Below, in pieces: positions 7,992 through 18,667 of a DNA stretch of 64,000 bases. This DNA is from an uncultured Acidobacteriota bacterium. GTDB taxonomy: Bacteria; Acidobacteriota; Vicinamibacteria; Vicinamibacterales; 2-12-FULL-66-21. Under the pieces are notes generated by a model. That model was not told the DNA's origin. It saw nothing but the letters and a program-made list of their open reading frames with translations, and made no database searches. Location of the stretch: assembly GCA_963786615.1 (NCBI GenBank), contig CAWAZT010000023.1:184118-248117 (forward strand). The letters run 5' to 3'. Position 1 is the first letter of the stretch; each line of letters begins with the position of its first letter. Both the position numbers and the translations under genes were made by a program.

Positions 7992-9176
7992 ATGATTCCG
8001 CCGATGCCCGTGCGCCTCGGAATCGAACGACTCCTCGATGGCCCTGATCGCGACCTGATTCACGGTCAGCGAATCGGTCTCGTCTGCAACCCCGCCTCGA
8101 TCGACGCCCGGTTCCGGCACGCCGCGGATCGTCTGGCCGCGCCAGGGAACTGGACGCTGACGGCGATCTTCGGCCCCCAGCACGGGTTCCGATCCGATCT
8201 GCAGGAGAACATGATCGAGTCGGCGCACGCGACTGACGCGCGGCGCCGGGTGCCCGTGTACTCGCTGTACAGCGAGACGCGCGAGCCGACCCGCGAGATG
8301 CTCGCCGACGTCGACGTCCTCGTCGTCGATCTCCAGGATGTCGGCACGCGCATCTACACCTACATCTACACGATGGCGAACTGCCTGCGCGCCGCCCGCC
8401 GGCACGGCATCCGGGTCGTCGTGTGCGATCGGCCGAACCCGATCGGCGGTGACGCGATCGAGGGACCCACGCTCGACCCGGCATGGGCGTCATTCGTCGG
8501 TCAGTTCGCGATCCCGATGCGCCACGGCATGACGATCGGCGAGCTGGCGCGGCTCTTCAACGACCATTTCGGGCTCGCGGCCGCGGTCGACGTCGTCCCG
8601 ATGGAGGGCTGGACGCGCGCGATGTTCTTCGACCAGACCGGGCTGCCGTGGGTCCTGCCGTCCCCCAACATTCCGACGCTCGATGCCGCGATCGTCTATC
8701 CGGGCACGGTGCTCTTCGAGGGCACCATGCTGTCCGAAGGACGGGGCACGACGAAGCCGTTCGAGCTCGTCGGCGCGCCCTGGATTGACGGCGATCGATT
8801 CGCCGACCAGATGAACCAGCGTCGGCTGCCGGGCGTCGTGTTCCGGCCGGTCTTCTTCGAGCCCACGTTCCACAAGCACGCGAAGGAGACGTGCGGCGGA
8901 TGCCAGATCCACGTCACGGATCGCAAGGCGTTCGCGCCGCATCGAGCCGCCATCGAGCTGCTCGTCGAGTTCCGTCGTGAGGCGCCGGACCGCTTCGCCT
9001 GGCGTGACCCGCCGTACCAGTACGAGCACGAGAAGCCGCCGATCGACATCCTGTACGGATCGGACCGGCTGCGTCTGGCGGTGGACGCGGGCGAGAGCGG
9101 CGACGAGATCGCCGGCGGCTGGCCGCGCGACGAAGACGCGTTCCGCCGGCTCCGCCAGCCGTTCTTGATGTACTGA
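7992..9176 (+). CDS. DUF1343 / NamZ-family exo-beta-N-acetylmuramidase
   Basis: Intact 394-aa ORF with family blocks IGLVCNPASID, FGPQHGF, VLVVDLQDVGTRIYTYIYTM, PMRHGMTIGELA and EGTMLSEGRGTTKPFE. Confidence 0.85.
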   Translation: MIPPMPVRLGIERLLDGPDRDLIHGQRIGLVCNPASIDARFRHAADRLAAPGNWTLTAIFGPQHGFRSDLQENMIESAHATDARRRVPVYSLYSETREPTREMLADVDVLVVDLQDVGTRIYTYIYTMANCLRAARRHGIRVVVCDRPNPIGGDAIEGPTLDPAWASFVGQFAIPMRHGMTIGELARLFNDHFGLAAAVDVVPMEGWTRAMFFDQTGLPWVLPSPNIPTLDAAIVYPGTVLFEGTMLSEGRGTTKPFELVGAPWIDGDRFADQMNQRRLPGVVFRPVFFEPTFHKHAKETCGGCQIHVTDRKAFAPHRAAIELLVEFRREAPDRFAWRDPPYQYEHEKPPIDILYGSDRLRLAVDAGESGDEIAGGWPRDEDAFRRLRQPFLMY

Positions 9177-9203
9177 TCGACCAGCCCGGCGCGCGGGCGG
9201 TGT

Positions 9204-10059
9204 TCAGCCGCGTGTCTTCGCGATGCCCGGCGCGCGATTTTCCTGCGGCGTGTCCGGCACGAGGTGATGGGTCATCAGGTGGGTTCGGAGCCGCTCGAAC
9301 GCCTGCTCCGGCGTATCGACCCAGTGCAGCAGCTCCAGGTCCTTCTGCGCTATCGCGCCCCACTCCATCATCGGCTCGAGGTCGATGATCTGTTCCCAGT
9401 ACTCCCGGCCGTACAGAATCACGCACATCGTGTTGGAGAGCTTGTTCGTCTGCGCCAGCGTGAGGATCTCGAACATCTCGTCGAGCGTCCCGAACCCGCC
9501 TGGAAAAATCACCAGCGCCTTGGCGAGGTACGCGAACCAGAACTTCCGCATGAAGAAGTAGTGGAACTCGAAGTGCAACCCGCGCGTGATGTACCGGTTC
9601 GCTCCCTGCTCGAACGGCAGGCGGATGTTCAAGCCGATCGTCTTGCCGCCAGCTTCGTGCGCGCCGCGATTGGCGGCCTCCATGATCCCCGGTCCGCCGC
9701 CTGAGCACACGACGAAGCGATGCCGCGGCGAGTCGAGCGAGAGGCTCCACTTCGTGAGCTGTCGCGCCAGCCTGCGGGCGTCCTCGTAATAGCGCGACCA
9801 TTCCACGGCCTTCCTGCTGCGCTTGAGCGCGGCGGCATAGTCCTGACCATGGCGTCCGTTGCGCAGACGCTTCAGCGCGCCTTCAGCGCGCATGCGACTG
9901 TGTACTCGGGCCGACCCGAAGAACACGACCGTATCCTGGATGTTCTGGAGACGGAACCGTCGAAGCGGCTCGAGATATTCGGACAGGATTCTGATCGGTC
10001 GTGCTTCTTCGCTGTCGAGGAATCGGCGATCGTAGGTACGCCAGCGGCTGGTTGCTCAT
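9204..10059 (-). CDS. LOG family protein (TIGR00730; cytokinin riboside 5'-monophosphate phosphoribohydrolase-like), frameshifted near 10035
   Basis: PGGFGTLDE and GGGPGIMEA motifs. The N-terminus MSNQPLAY (ATG 10059) continues in the next frame as ..RRFLDSEEARPIRILSEYLEPLRRFRLQNIQDTVVFFGSARV. Confidence 0.8.
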
Positions 10060-10083
10060 ATGTCAAAAAATGTATCATTGCGC

Positions 10084-10547
10084 ATGGTCACGCGTTGGAA
10101 CCTGCTTGGAGCGGCTCTCTTGCTGTCGTGTGTTCGTCGATAGCCATCGTGCACGCCGGACGTCCTGATCTTTCTGTCGCATCCGAGACGCAGGCACCGG
10201 ACCGTCCGGGCGGATGGACCATTCCGCCGACGGCGCAGGCCGAGAAGAATCCGCTGACCGACGACCCGGCCACGTTGCAGACGGGCAAGCAGGTGTTCGA
10301 GAAGAAATGCCAGAAGTGCCACGGCCCCGGCGGGAAGGGTGACGGACCGGACGCCGATCCGGATCAGCAGCAGGACATGGATCTCACCGTCGCGCGCCGC
10401 GCCGCGCGAAATCCCGACGGCGTCGTCTTCTACAAGATCTGGAACGGCCGGCAGAAGCCGAAGATGCCCGCCCAGAAGAACGACCTGACAAAAGAACAGG
10501 TCTGGGCGGTCGTCAAGTACGTGCAGACGCTGCGCGAGAAGCCGTAG
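10084..10547 (+). CDS. c-type cytochrome (single CxxCH), probable lipoprotein, frameshift near 10125
   Basis: Heme site KCQKCHG. The signal/lipobox MVTRWNLLGAALLLSC is in the +1 frame relative to the mature part. An in-frame TTG at 10095 is an alternative start. Confidence 0.7.
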
Positions 10548-10554
10548 CGATCGG

Positions 10555-11671
10555 TCACATCAGCTTCGTGATCAGCTCACCGATCACGTAACCCACCGCA
10601 GCAACACCGAACCCGACGATGAACATGTCGCGGCCGCTGGCCCAGATGCCGCGGCCCGTGAACAGGCTGCGCGCCGCGCCGATGCCGAAGTGCGCGAGCA
10701 TGCTGACCGCGAGCGAGACCCACACGGCGGAGCCGTGCGTCATCACGAGAAACGGCGCGATCGGAATGAACGCGCCGACGGCGGTGGCCGTGCCCGTGAC
10801 CAGACCGTCCTTCAGCGGCGCGAGCTCCGCCGGATGGATGTTGAGCTCCTCGCGGACTTGAGTCTCGAGCGCCTGAGCGGGATCCTGCATCACCGCTTTT
10901 GCCGTCTCGCGCGCACGTTCCCGGCTGAGCCCCTTGGCCTCGTAGATGACGGCGAGCTCCTCTTCCTCGAGATCGGGCATCAGGCGCATCTCGTGGCGCT
11001 CCATCTCGATCTGATGGGCCTGCACTTCGGCCTCGCTCTTGGCCGCGAGATAGCCGCTCGATCCCATCGACAGCGCGTCGGCCAGGGCGCCGGCCAGCCC
11101 GCTGATGATCACGATGTGCGGCGAGACGCTCGCACCGATGATCCCGGCCACCAGACCGAAGTTCGCGGTCAGCCCGTCGTTGAACCCATACACGATGCTG
11201 CGCAGGAGGCCGCCGGCGCCGCCGACGTGCCACGGCTCCCCTTCCCGGCCCATGACCTCGGACAGCTCTCGCGCGTGAACCGCGGAATCCGACGCGATAT
11301 CAACAGCCGCTTTGTGCGTCTCGCGATTGGTGGACTGGCGGGCCAGGCCGAGATACGCCTGCACTTCGCGTCCCTCTTCAGCCAGCACGAGCGGCAGGAT
11401 GGCCGAAGGCCCGAACGTCCGCGCCACCGACGCGAGGGCCCGCGTGCGCCACGACGTCCGGTACGGGGGCAGCGGCCGACCGGCACCCGCGAACAGCTCT
11501 TCCCACCGCGCCACGTGACGGTCCTCGACGACGGCGAGCCGCTCGAAGAGATCGCGTCGCGTGGCGTCTCGCCTCCACCTTCGCCAGCTCGCGATAGAGA
11601 AAGGCGGCGTCACGCTCGTCCGCATAGTGCTCATCCCAGCTCGCATCGGGCTGGGGCTCGTCGGAGGGCAT
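10555..11671 (-). CDS. VIT1/CCC1 family iron/manganese transporter with N-terminal ferritin-like domain, frameshift near 11572
   Basis: MPSDEPQPDASWDEHYADERDAAFLYRELAKVE, then one extra base, then RDATRRDLFERLAVVEDRHVARWEE. C-terminal VIT1 membrane domain (YGFNDGLTANFGLVAG..., LSMGSSGYLAAKSE). Confidence 0.8.
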
Positions 11672-11785
11672 GGTTCAGGATAGATCGTTCCGGCGCGTTC
11701 GGGCAGGCGTTCGGGGTCGACCGTTCGGCGTCCCGGCCCGCGTCCCGCGTCCCGGCTCCAAGCGCCGCAATGCTACGATCCCGCC

Positions 11786-12266
11786 ATGCGTGGTCGCGAC
11801 CTCCGTCCCCGGTCCGGGTTCGATCAGGAACTGACCATCGACGTCGCGCCAACGCGTGCGATGGGCGCGTTCTTCGATCCGCACGCCTTGTCGCACTGGT
11901 GGCAGGCCATTCGGTCGGTGACGACGCCCCGCGTGCTGGGCGTGTACGCGATCGAATGGGCGCCGTCCGCCGACGCGGACGAGGTGCTCGGCCGGCTCGG
12001 GGGCGTCTTTCACGGAACGATCGTCGAGTACATCGCGGGGACTCAACTGTTCGTCGCCGACGCGTGGTGGCTCCCTCCTGACGGCGATCCGCTCGGTCCG
12101 ATGGGTCTGCAGGTCAGCTGCGCGGCGGATGGATCCGGATGCCGGCTGCACGTCCAGCAAGCCGGATACGAAGACACGCTCGCGGTGGCAGCGGTACTAC
12201 GCGGTGATCGCGCCAGGGTGGCGGGCGTCGCTCGCCGCGCTGAAAGAGTACCTGGAGCACGCATGA
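11786..12266 (+). CDS. SRPBCC (AHSA1/START-like) family protein, frameshift near 12176
   Basis: ...FDPHALSHWWQA...GVFHGTIVEY...QQAGYED, then a shift, then RSRWQRYYAVIAPGWRASLAALKEYLEHA*. The stop overlaps the next start (ATGA). Confidence 0.7.
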
Positions 12267-13825
12267 CTGGCGGCGGACAACGCGGACGGCCCACAGACAG
12301 CCCGCCCATCTTCATCAAGGCGCTCGGCCTCTGGGACGTCATCTTCATGAACGTCGTCGCGGTCGTCGGGCTGCGATGGATCGCCCGTGGCGCGCGCGCG
12401 GGTCCGGAGTCGGTCACGCTCTGGATCCTGGCCTGCCTGGCCTTCTTCGTTCCGCTGGCCGCGGCGGTGGCCGAGCTGTCGAGCCGCTATCCGGAACAGG
12501 GCGGCGTGTACGTCTGGGTGCGACGCGCGTTCGGCCTCGGTCACGGATTCATCTGCGGCTGGTGTCTGTGGGTCAACAACCTGTTCTACTTTCCGTCGGT
12601 CCTGCTCTTCGGCGCGGCGAACATGGCAGCGATGGGTGGCGAACGGTGGGCGTGGCTCGGCGCGTCACGCTGGTACTCGGTGACGTTCGTTCTGGCGGGT
12701 ATCTGGATCGCGGCTGGCGTCAACATCCTCGGCCTGCGAATCGGCAAGTGGCTGCAGAACGCAGGAGCCATCGGCCTCTGGGTGCCGGCCGGCCTCCTGA
12801 TCGGCGTGCGGCGCGCTCGCGCTCGCCCGCTTCGGATCGGCGACGCCGTTTTCGACCGCAACGATGCTGCCGCATGGGAACGCGCTCGATACGCTCGGCC
12901 TGTGGTCGGCGATGTGCTTCGCATTCTCCGGATTCGAGATCACCTCGTTCATCGGCCAGGAGATTCACAATCCGAGACGGGTGATTCCCCTGGGCGTTCT
13001 GGTCGCCGGCATCGTGACGACGATCATCTACATCATCGGATCGGCGTCCGTCCTGATCGCGGTACCGTCGTCGTCACTGAAGGAGTTGAGCGGCATCACC
13101 GATGCCGTGCAGCTCGTCGCCGGTCGTGTTGGATTGACGGGTTTGGGCGCGCTCACCGGTGGTCTGCTGGCGTTGAACGCGCTGGCCGGAACGGCCTCGT
13201 GGACGGCGGGCGCCGCGCGCGTGCCGTTTGCGGCGGGCGTGGACAACGCGTTGCCGGCGGTGTTCGCACGGCTGCACCCGCGATACCGCACGCCGCACGT
13301 CGCCCTGATCGTGCAGTCGATTGCGGCGTCAGCCATTTTCCTCGCGAGCGTGTTCGTCGCCGTCGCGGGGCGAACGACGACGATTCAGGAGGCGTACGAC
13401 ATCCTCGTCAACCTGACGATCCTGATCTACTTCGTGCCGTACCTGTATCTCTTCGCGGCGCTGATCCGTCTGCGACGGGATGGCGCACACGCCGATGCCT
13501 GACGAGCTTCGCATTCCCGGCGGCAGCGTGGGGCCTGTGGGCGATCGCGTTCACGGGGTTTGCCGCAACCGCGATCGCGCTCGGGCTGACGTTCGTCCCT
13601 CCCCCGGGCGTCAACGCGACGACGTACGAGGCGAACCTGATCGTGCAGGCGGCGGTGATGATTGGCGCCGGACTCGTCGCTGTATTGGATCAGCAGCCGC
13701 GGGCGTCAGCGGCGACGCTCGCCAGGTGGCCGTCAGATCCCCAGACGCTGAAGGTTGAGAAAGTTCGCGTCCGCCCGTCCGAGATCGACGCTCACGTTGA
13801 CGAAGACGACCACGGCTGTCGGTGA
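12263..13825 (+). CDS. APC-superfamily amino acid permease, 2-3 frameshifts (about 12809 and 13495); 3' end uncertain
   Basis: MTGGGQRGRPTDSPPIFIKALGLWDVIFMNVVAVVGLRWI...YPEQGGVYVWV... continues in ORF 12864-13502 (..SAMCFAFSGFEITSFIGQEIHNPRR..), then returns to the first frame. A stop in an alternative frame at about 13753 would remove the overlap with pyk. Confidence 0.75.
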   Translation: MTGGGQRGRPTDSPPIFIKALGLWDVIFMNVVAVVGLRWIARGARAGPESVTLWILACLAFFVPLAAAVAELSSRYPEQGGVYVWVRRAFGLGHGFICGWCLWVNNLFYFPSVLLFGAANMAAMGGERWAWLGASRWYSVTFVLAGIWIAAGVNILGLRIGKWLQNAGAIGLWVPAGLLIGVRRARARPLRIGDAVFDRNDAAAWERARYARPVVGDVLRILRIRDHLVHRPGDSQSETGDSPGRSGRRHRDDDHLHHRIGVRPDRGTVVVTEGVERHHRCRAARRRSCWIDGFGRAHRWSAGVERAGRNGLVDGGRRARAVCGGRGQRVAGGVRTAAPAIPHAARRPDRAVDCGVSHFPRERVRRRRGANDDDSGGVRHPRQPDDPDLLRAVPVSLRGADPSATGWRTRRCLTSFAFPAAAWGLWAIAFTGFAATAIALGLTFVPPPGVNATTYEANLIVQAAVMIGAGLVAVLDQQPRASAATLARWPSDPQTLKVEKVRVRPSEIDAHVDEDDHGCR

Positions 13826-15150
13826 CAGGCCGGCACACGTGCTCAGCGTGCGAGCGAGCGCCACGCGGATCGTGGTCCGCCGCCACCAGCGGCGTAACGC
13901 CCCAGAGCAGAGCCAGACGGTTGGCCACCGTCTCCTCCGACGTGATGGCGAGAATCAACGCACCGCGGACGCAGGCACGAGAGCAGTCGCGCGGTCTTCC
14001 CCTCGCGCGTGACCGCCACGATCGCCTCGGCCTGACCCGTCGTCGCCAACGTGACGGCGGCCTCGCAGATCGCCCGGCCGTGGCGGCTCGCTGCGCTGGG
14101 AACCGATCCCGTCACGGTCAACTCCGGGCTCGGCAGACGTTCCGCTTCGCAGATGATCGCCGCAAGCGTCTCGACTGCCCGAACCGGAAACTCGCCGATC
14201 GCCGTTTCGCCGGCCAGCATGATCGCGTCGGCGCTCTGATCGACCGCCGTCGCGGCATCGCTGACCTCGGCACGCGTCGGCCGCGGTTCCGTCCGCATCG
14301 ATTCGAGGACCTGCGTCGCGACGATCGCCGGAACACCTCGCGCACGCGCCTGACGGATGATCTCCTTCTGAATCCGCGGCACATGCTCGAGCGGACACTC
14401 CAGGCCGAGGTCGCCGCGCGCGACCATCACGCCATCGGCGACTTCGAGGATCGCGTCGAGATTCGCGACCGCTTCCGGGCCGCTCGATCTTCGCGATCAA
14501 CGGAACGGCGGGCCCGGCGCGATCGGCAATCGCCCGCGCCTGGAGAACATCGTCAGCCGTCTGCACGAAGCTGAGAGCAACGAGGTCAACGCCGAGCTCG
14601 AGTCCGAATCGCAGGTCCTCCGCGTCCTTCAGCGTGATCGCGCCGGAAGGCAGACCGAACGCCAGGGGCATTGATGCCTTTGTGCTCGCCCGAGCGGTCC
14701 GCCGTGGACGACGCGCGTCACGATCTCGTCGCCGCTCCGCCCGATGACGCTGCAGCTCGATGCGGCCGTCGTCGAGCAGCAGACGATCGCCTGGGTTCAC
14801 CGACGAAATCAGCGCGGCGTAGGGCGTGAAGACGCGCCCTGGCCCGCCAGGCCCATCGCCCGGCGGCGAGCCGCAGTTCGTCTCCCTCCCGAAGCTCGAT
14901 CGGCTGACCATTCTGCAGTGATCCAATGCGGATCTTCGGACCGCTGAGGTCCTGAAGAACACCGACGTGCCGTCCGCTGCGAGCCGCGACCGTGCGAACG
15001 TCGCGATACACCTGTGCGTGAGATTCGCGGCTGCCGTGCGAGAAGTTCAGCCGGAACACGTCGACGCCCGCCGAAATCAACTGCGCGATCCGCTCCGGCG
15101 TCGCGGCTGGCGGGGCCAATGGTCGCGATGATCTTCGTGTGGCGCGTCAC
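13733..15150 (-). CDS. pyk: pyruvate kinase, split by at least 7 frameshifts
   Basis: The pieces read in order: (V)TRHTKIIATIGPAS / TPERIAQLISAGVDVFRLNFSHGS / LQDLSGPKIRIG / VIGRSGDEIVTRVVHGG / KGINAPGV / LPSGAITLKDAEDL..VDLVALSFVQ / MVARGDLGLE...MLAGETAIGEFP / ILAITSEETVANRLALLWGV / ...VVVFVNVSVDLGRADANFLNLQRLGI*. The GTG start overlaps the ADH stop (GTGA). Confidence 0.85.
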
Positions 15151-16250
15151 GCCCACGGATCCACCAGCGCTTTGGGAATGCGCATCTGCTCGGCGTCCGC
15201 CAGCGCGTCGTTGAGTTCGGACAGGCCGTAACGGCGGGTGCCGACACGCCGCCACGGGATGCTGCCGGCGTGACGCTCCAGCAGGCCGAGCGCACGCAGA
15301 AAATGCCGCGCCTCGCTGCCCCAGCAGCCCCGCACCTCCAGATGCTTCCGGTTGATCTGACGGTGGGCGTTGATCGAGCTTGGACCGACGTCCGTGTAGT
15401 GACCGGCGATCACGTAACGTCCGCCATCGCGCGCAAGGTCGAGTCCCTCTCCAATCGCGTGCGCCGATCCAGCGGCCTCGATCACGATGTCGGCCCCTTC
15501 GCCGTGCGTGGCCGCGCGAACACTCTCGTGTCGCTCGGCCGGAGTGGTCGTATCGAGGTGAAAGACCGTGTCGGCCCCCATCTGACGGGCAAGATCGAGA
15601 CGCGCGTCCGGTGCGCCGATGGCAATCACCATCGAGGCGCCAGCCAGCCGAGCGAGGGCGATGGCGCTGAGCCCCACGGCGCCGACGCCCTGGACGACGA
15701 CGGTATCGCCCAACGTGATCTCGGCGCGCTCGGCGATGTGCACCGCCGTCAGGAGGCCGCATCCCCCGCCGATGTAGTCTTCGAGCGCGACCGCCTCCGG
15801 CAGACGCGCCATCGCCACGCCGGGCTCGAGATAGATGGCCTGCGACCAGCCGCCGAACAGTCCCTCGTCTGCGGAATCGGTGATGCCGTACACTCGTCGA
15901 GCGTGGCAGCGCGTCGGCGTGCGATGAACGGTACAGGCACGACAGCGTCCGCACGTGCGGTGAACGTCGAAGAAGACGACGCGGTCGCCTTCACGCAGTC
16001 GCGATCCGTCGATGCCTTCAATCGCGCCGCGCATGGAGTCGATCGTTCCGGCCGAGATGTGGCCAGGGATGATCGGATAGGGCACGCCCGCAAGACGCCC
16101 ATGCCACAGGTGCACGTCCGTACCGCAGACCTCGGAGCACGACGTCCGCAGCAGTGCTGCCCCGTCAGGCAGCTCCGGCCGGTGATATTCCCTGACTTCG
16201 ACCGGCTGATGCGGGCCCGGCATGACCGCGGCAAGGATGCGCTCGCTCAC
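15147..16250 (-). CDS. zinc-binding alcohol dehydrogenase family (MDR) protein
   Basis: Intact 367-aa ORF. Has CGTDVH, GHISAG, the structural Zn cluster C..C..C and the Rossmann motif VQGVGAVG. Confidence 0.85.
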   Translation of the reverse strand: MSERILAAVMPGPHQPVEVREYHRPELPDGAALLRTSCSEVCGTDVHLWHGRLAGVPYPIIPGHISAGTIDSMRGAIEGIDGSRLREGDRVVFFDVHRTCGRCRACTVHRTPTRCHARRVYGITDSADEGLFGGWSQAIYLEPGVAMARLPEAVALEDYIGGGCGLLTAVHIAERAEITLGDTVVVQGVGAVGLSAIALARLAGASMVIAIGAPDARLDLARQMGADTVFHLDTTTPAERHESVRAATHGEGADIVIEAAGSAHAIGEGLDLARDGGRYVIAGHYTDVGPSSINAHRQINRKHLEVRGCWGSEARHFLRALGLLERHAGSIPWRRVGTRRYGLSELNDALADAEQMRIPKALVDPWA

Positions 16251-16274
16251 CGGGTTACGTTATCCTTGTTGTGA

Positions 16275-16961
16275 ATGCTCTTTCAAACTGCTTCCGTTGC
16301 CTCGCTGGCCGTCGCCCTGCTGTCGCCGCCGGTTCAACACACCACATATCAGGGCCAGAAGGCGCGCAAGCACTTCGTCAGCTTCACCTACGACTGGCAC
16401 TACACGCACGCGCTTGGATTCAACAAGCATCCGCTCGAGGACCTGCTCGGTCAGCCGGTCAGCGAGGTGCACCTCGAGTCGTTCGAGTACCGCACCGAGG
16501 ACGGGCTGACGAGCGTTGATGTCCAGGAGTTCGGTCATCGCGGCCAGGGAATCGGGGTGACGGTCTATCCGTTCGGATCGAGCGAAGGGACGACGCTGGC
16601 GATTCGTGGAAGCATCGAGGGGCTGCCGAACGTCCGCATGACGTTCAACGGGCCTGCGCCCGTCAGCTCGTACGCGCTCACGAACGGCCGCGCGTTCGAT
16701 CTCGGCATCGGTATCGAGATGAGCGATCGATCGCCGGGCTGGGGGCTCGGCAGCCACGCCTTCATCCTCGGCGGCTTCGGCCGCGCCCTGACGGACCAGC
16801 AGAACGGACAGCGGTACTTTGCCGAGGGGGGCGGCGGCGTCTCAACCGGCCCGATCGGCGTGGACATCTCGGTGAAGGTGGCGACCAATCGGTTCTCCGT
16901 CCCGGTGTCTCACAGCTTTCTCACGATTCCGGTCAGCGTGCGAGGCACGCTGTCCTTCTGA
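16275..16961 (+). CDS. hypothetical secreted beta-rich protein (possible outer-membrane beta-barrel)
   Basis: Signal-like MLFQTASVASLAVALLSPP. Gly/aromatic alternating pattern. Terminal ...VRGTLSF. Confidence 0.5.
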   Translation: MLFQTASVASLAVALLSPPVQHTTYQGQKARKHFVSFTYDWHYTHALGFNKHPLEDLLGQPVSEVHLESFEYRTEDGLTSVDVQEFGHRGQGIGVTVYPFGSSEGTTLAIRGSIEGLPNVRMTFNGPAPVSSYALTNGRAFDLGIGIEMSDRSPGWGLGSHAFILGGFGRALTDQQNGQRYFAEGGGGVSTGPIGVDISVKVATNRFSVPVSHSFLTIPVSVRGTLSF

Positions 16962-16963
16962 CC

Positions 16964-17137
16964 ATGGACGTCCAGGCATGGCTCGAACGCGCGTCGGCGG
17001 ATGCTGAATCGCGCGGCCTGCGCGAGCTCAGGCCTCTCCTCGAAACGCTCGCGCGATCGACACAGGCGCTTCGGGACGCTGATCGCGAGTTCGGGCATCC
17101 CGCCGCTCCGACCGACGATGACGACGATCCCTCCTGA
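16964..17137 (+). CDS. 57-aa ORF overlapping the amidase start (AtzG/GatC-like partner, or an N-terminal extension cut off by a frameshift)
   Basis: MDVQAWLERASADAESRGLRELRPLLETLARSTQALRDADREFGHPAAPTDDDDDPS*. Starts 2 nt after the preceding stop and overlaps the amidase ATG (17118) by 20 nt. Too short for the ORF track. Confidence 0.4.
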   Translation: MDVQAWLERASADAESRGLRELRPLLETLARSTQALRDADREFGHPAAPTDDDDDPS

Positions 17138-18500
17138 TCTGGCCAGCGCCGCGCAACTGATCGAGCGCCGGACGCTGTCGCCCGTGGAGCTCACGCAGGC
17201 GTGTCTCGATCGCATCGCGGCTCGCAACGGCGAGTTGCGCGCGTTCATCACCGTTCTCGCCGAGCAGGCGCTGGCCACGGCCAGGCAGGCGGAGCAGGAG
17301 ATTGCGAAGGGCGGCTACCGCGGCGCGCTGCACGGAATCCCCGTGAGCGTGAAGGACCTGGTGGACATCGCCGGCGTCCCGACGACGTCGGGATCGGCCG
17401 TGCCGCCGCGGGTGCCCCGCCACGACGCGCCCGTCGTCACGAACTTGCGCCGGGCCGGCGCGGTGATCGTCGGCAAGACGAACCTGCACGAGTTCGCCTT
17501 CGGCACGACGAGCGACGAGACCGCGTTCGGCGTCGTGCGGAACCCGTTCGACCCGACGCGCTCGCCGGGCGGATCGAGCGGGGGCGCAGCGGTCGCGATC
17601 GTCGAAGGCATGGCGCTGGGCTCCGTCGGCACCGACACGGGAGGATCGATTCGGATTCCGTCGGCCGCCTGCGGAATCACGGGGTTGAAGCCCGCATACG
17701 CTGAGATCGACTGCGAAGGGGTCGTTCCGCTGAGCACGACGCTCGATCATGTCGGACCGATGACCCGCACCGTCGCCGACGCGAGCGTGCTGTTCGCCGC
17801 CCTCGCCGGCAATGCGTCACCGCGGGTGGATGAAGGCGGCGAACCAGCGCAGGAGGAATTGTGGCTGGGCGTGCCGGCGCCGTACTTCCTCGACAAGCTC
17901 GATGCCGATACGCGTCAGGTCTTCGGACGGATTCGAACGGCGCTGGCGCGGGGCCGGCCACAACATCAACGACGTCACGATCGCGCACGCCGAACGGACG
18001 CCCGACGTCTACCTCCACATCGTGCTGCCCGAGGCCTCCTGGTATCACGCGCCATTTCTGCGAGTCGCACGCCGACAAGTATTCGCCCGGGGTGAGGCTG
18101 CGGCTCGAGATGGGACGGTACATCCTCGCGGAGGACTACCTCCGCGCGATGCACGCGCGGCCGGTGCTTCGGAGGGCGGTGGATCGGGCGCTCGAGGGTC
18201 TCGACGCGCTCATCCTGCCGGCGCTCGCGATTGGTGCGCCGGAAATCGGGGCGCAATCGGTCACGATCGACGATCGCGCCGAACCCGTCCGGGCGATCAT
18301 GCTGCGGCTCACGCAGTTGTTCAACATCACCGGGCATCCGGCGATCGCGATTCCATGTGGCCTGGGTGCAGACGGTCTGCCCCGCGGTCTCCAACTCGTC
18401 GGCCACCGCGGAGCCACCGGCGCGCCTGCTGGAAATCGCTGCGCGACTGGAACGTCAGATAATGCCTGATGCCGGGTCGGTTGGCGGCGGCGCAGGATGA
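17118..18500 (+). CDS. amidase-signature enzyme (GatA-like amidase), 3 frameshifts (about 17960, 18060 and 18410)
   Basis: GIPVSVKDL, GGSSGGAAVA, GTDTGGSIRIPSAACG. Continues as ...NINDVTIAHAERTPDVYLHIVLPEASWYH / ...ESHADKYSPGVRLRLEMGRYI...LFNITGHPAIAIPCG / ...ARLLEIAARLERQ. Confidence 0.85.
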
Positions 18501-18667
18501 ACGTCCGGACTGCGCGGCTCATCCGGCCACTCGGGCTCACCCTCGGGCAACGGGCCGTTCCCGTCGCCAGGCTTGTTGATCACGTCGGGAACCGACGGAA
18601 CATCGGGTTTCGCGGGCTGTTCGATCATGCCGGCGATCAGGTGCAACATGGTGGCCAGCGGCACAGC

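Noticed and set aside
11672-11785. Possible metal riboswitch (yybP-ykoY type) upstream of the VIT1 transporter
   Set aside because: The 114-nt leader is dominated by GCGTCCCG-type repeats. I could not see the conserved four-way-junction sequence blocks, and it also serves as the divergent SRPBCC promoter region.
11786-13825. 679-aa ORF as a single protein
   Set aside because: It is a chimera of an SRPBCC gene, the 5' third of an APC permease, out-of-frame filler, and the permease's 3' end. The middle of the permease lies in ORF 12864-13502.
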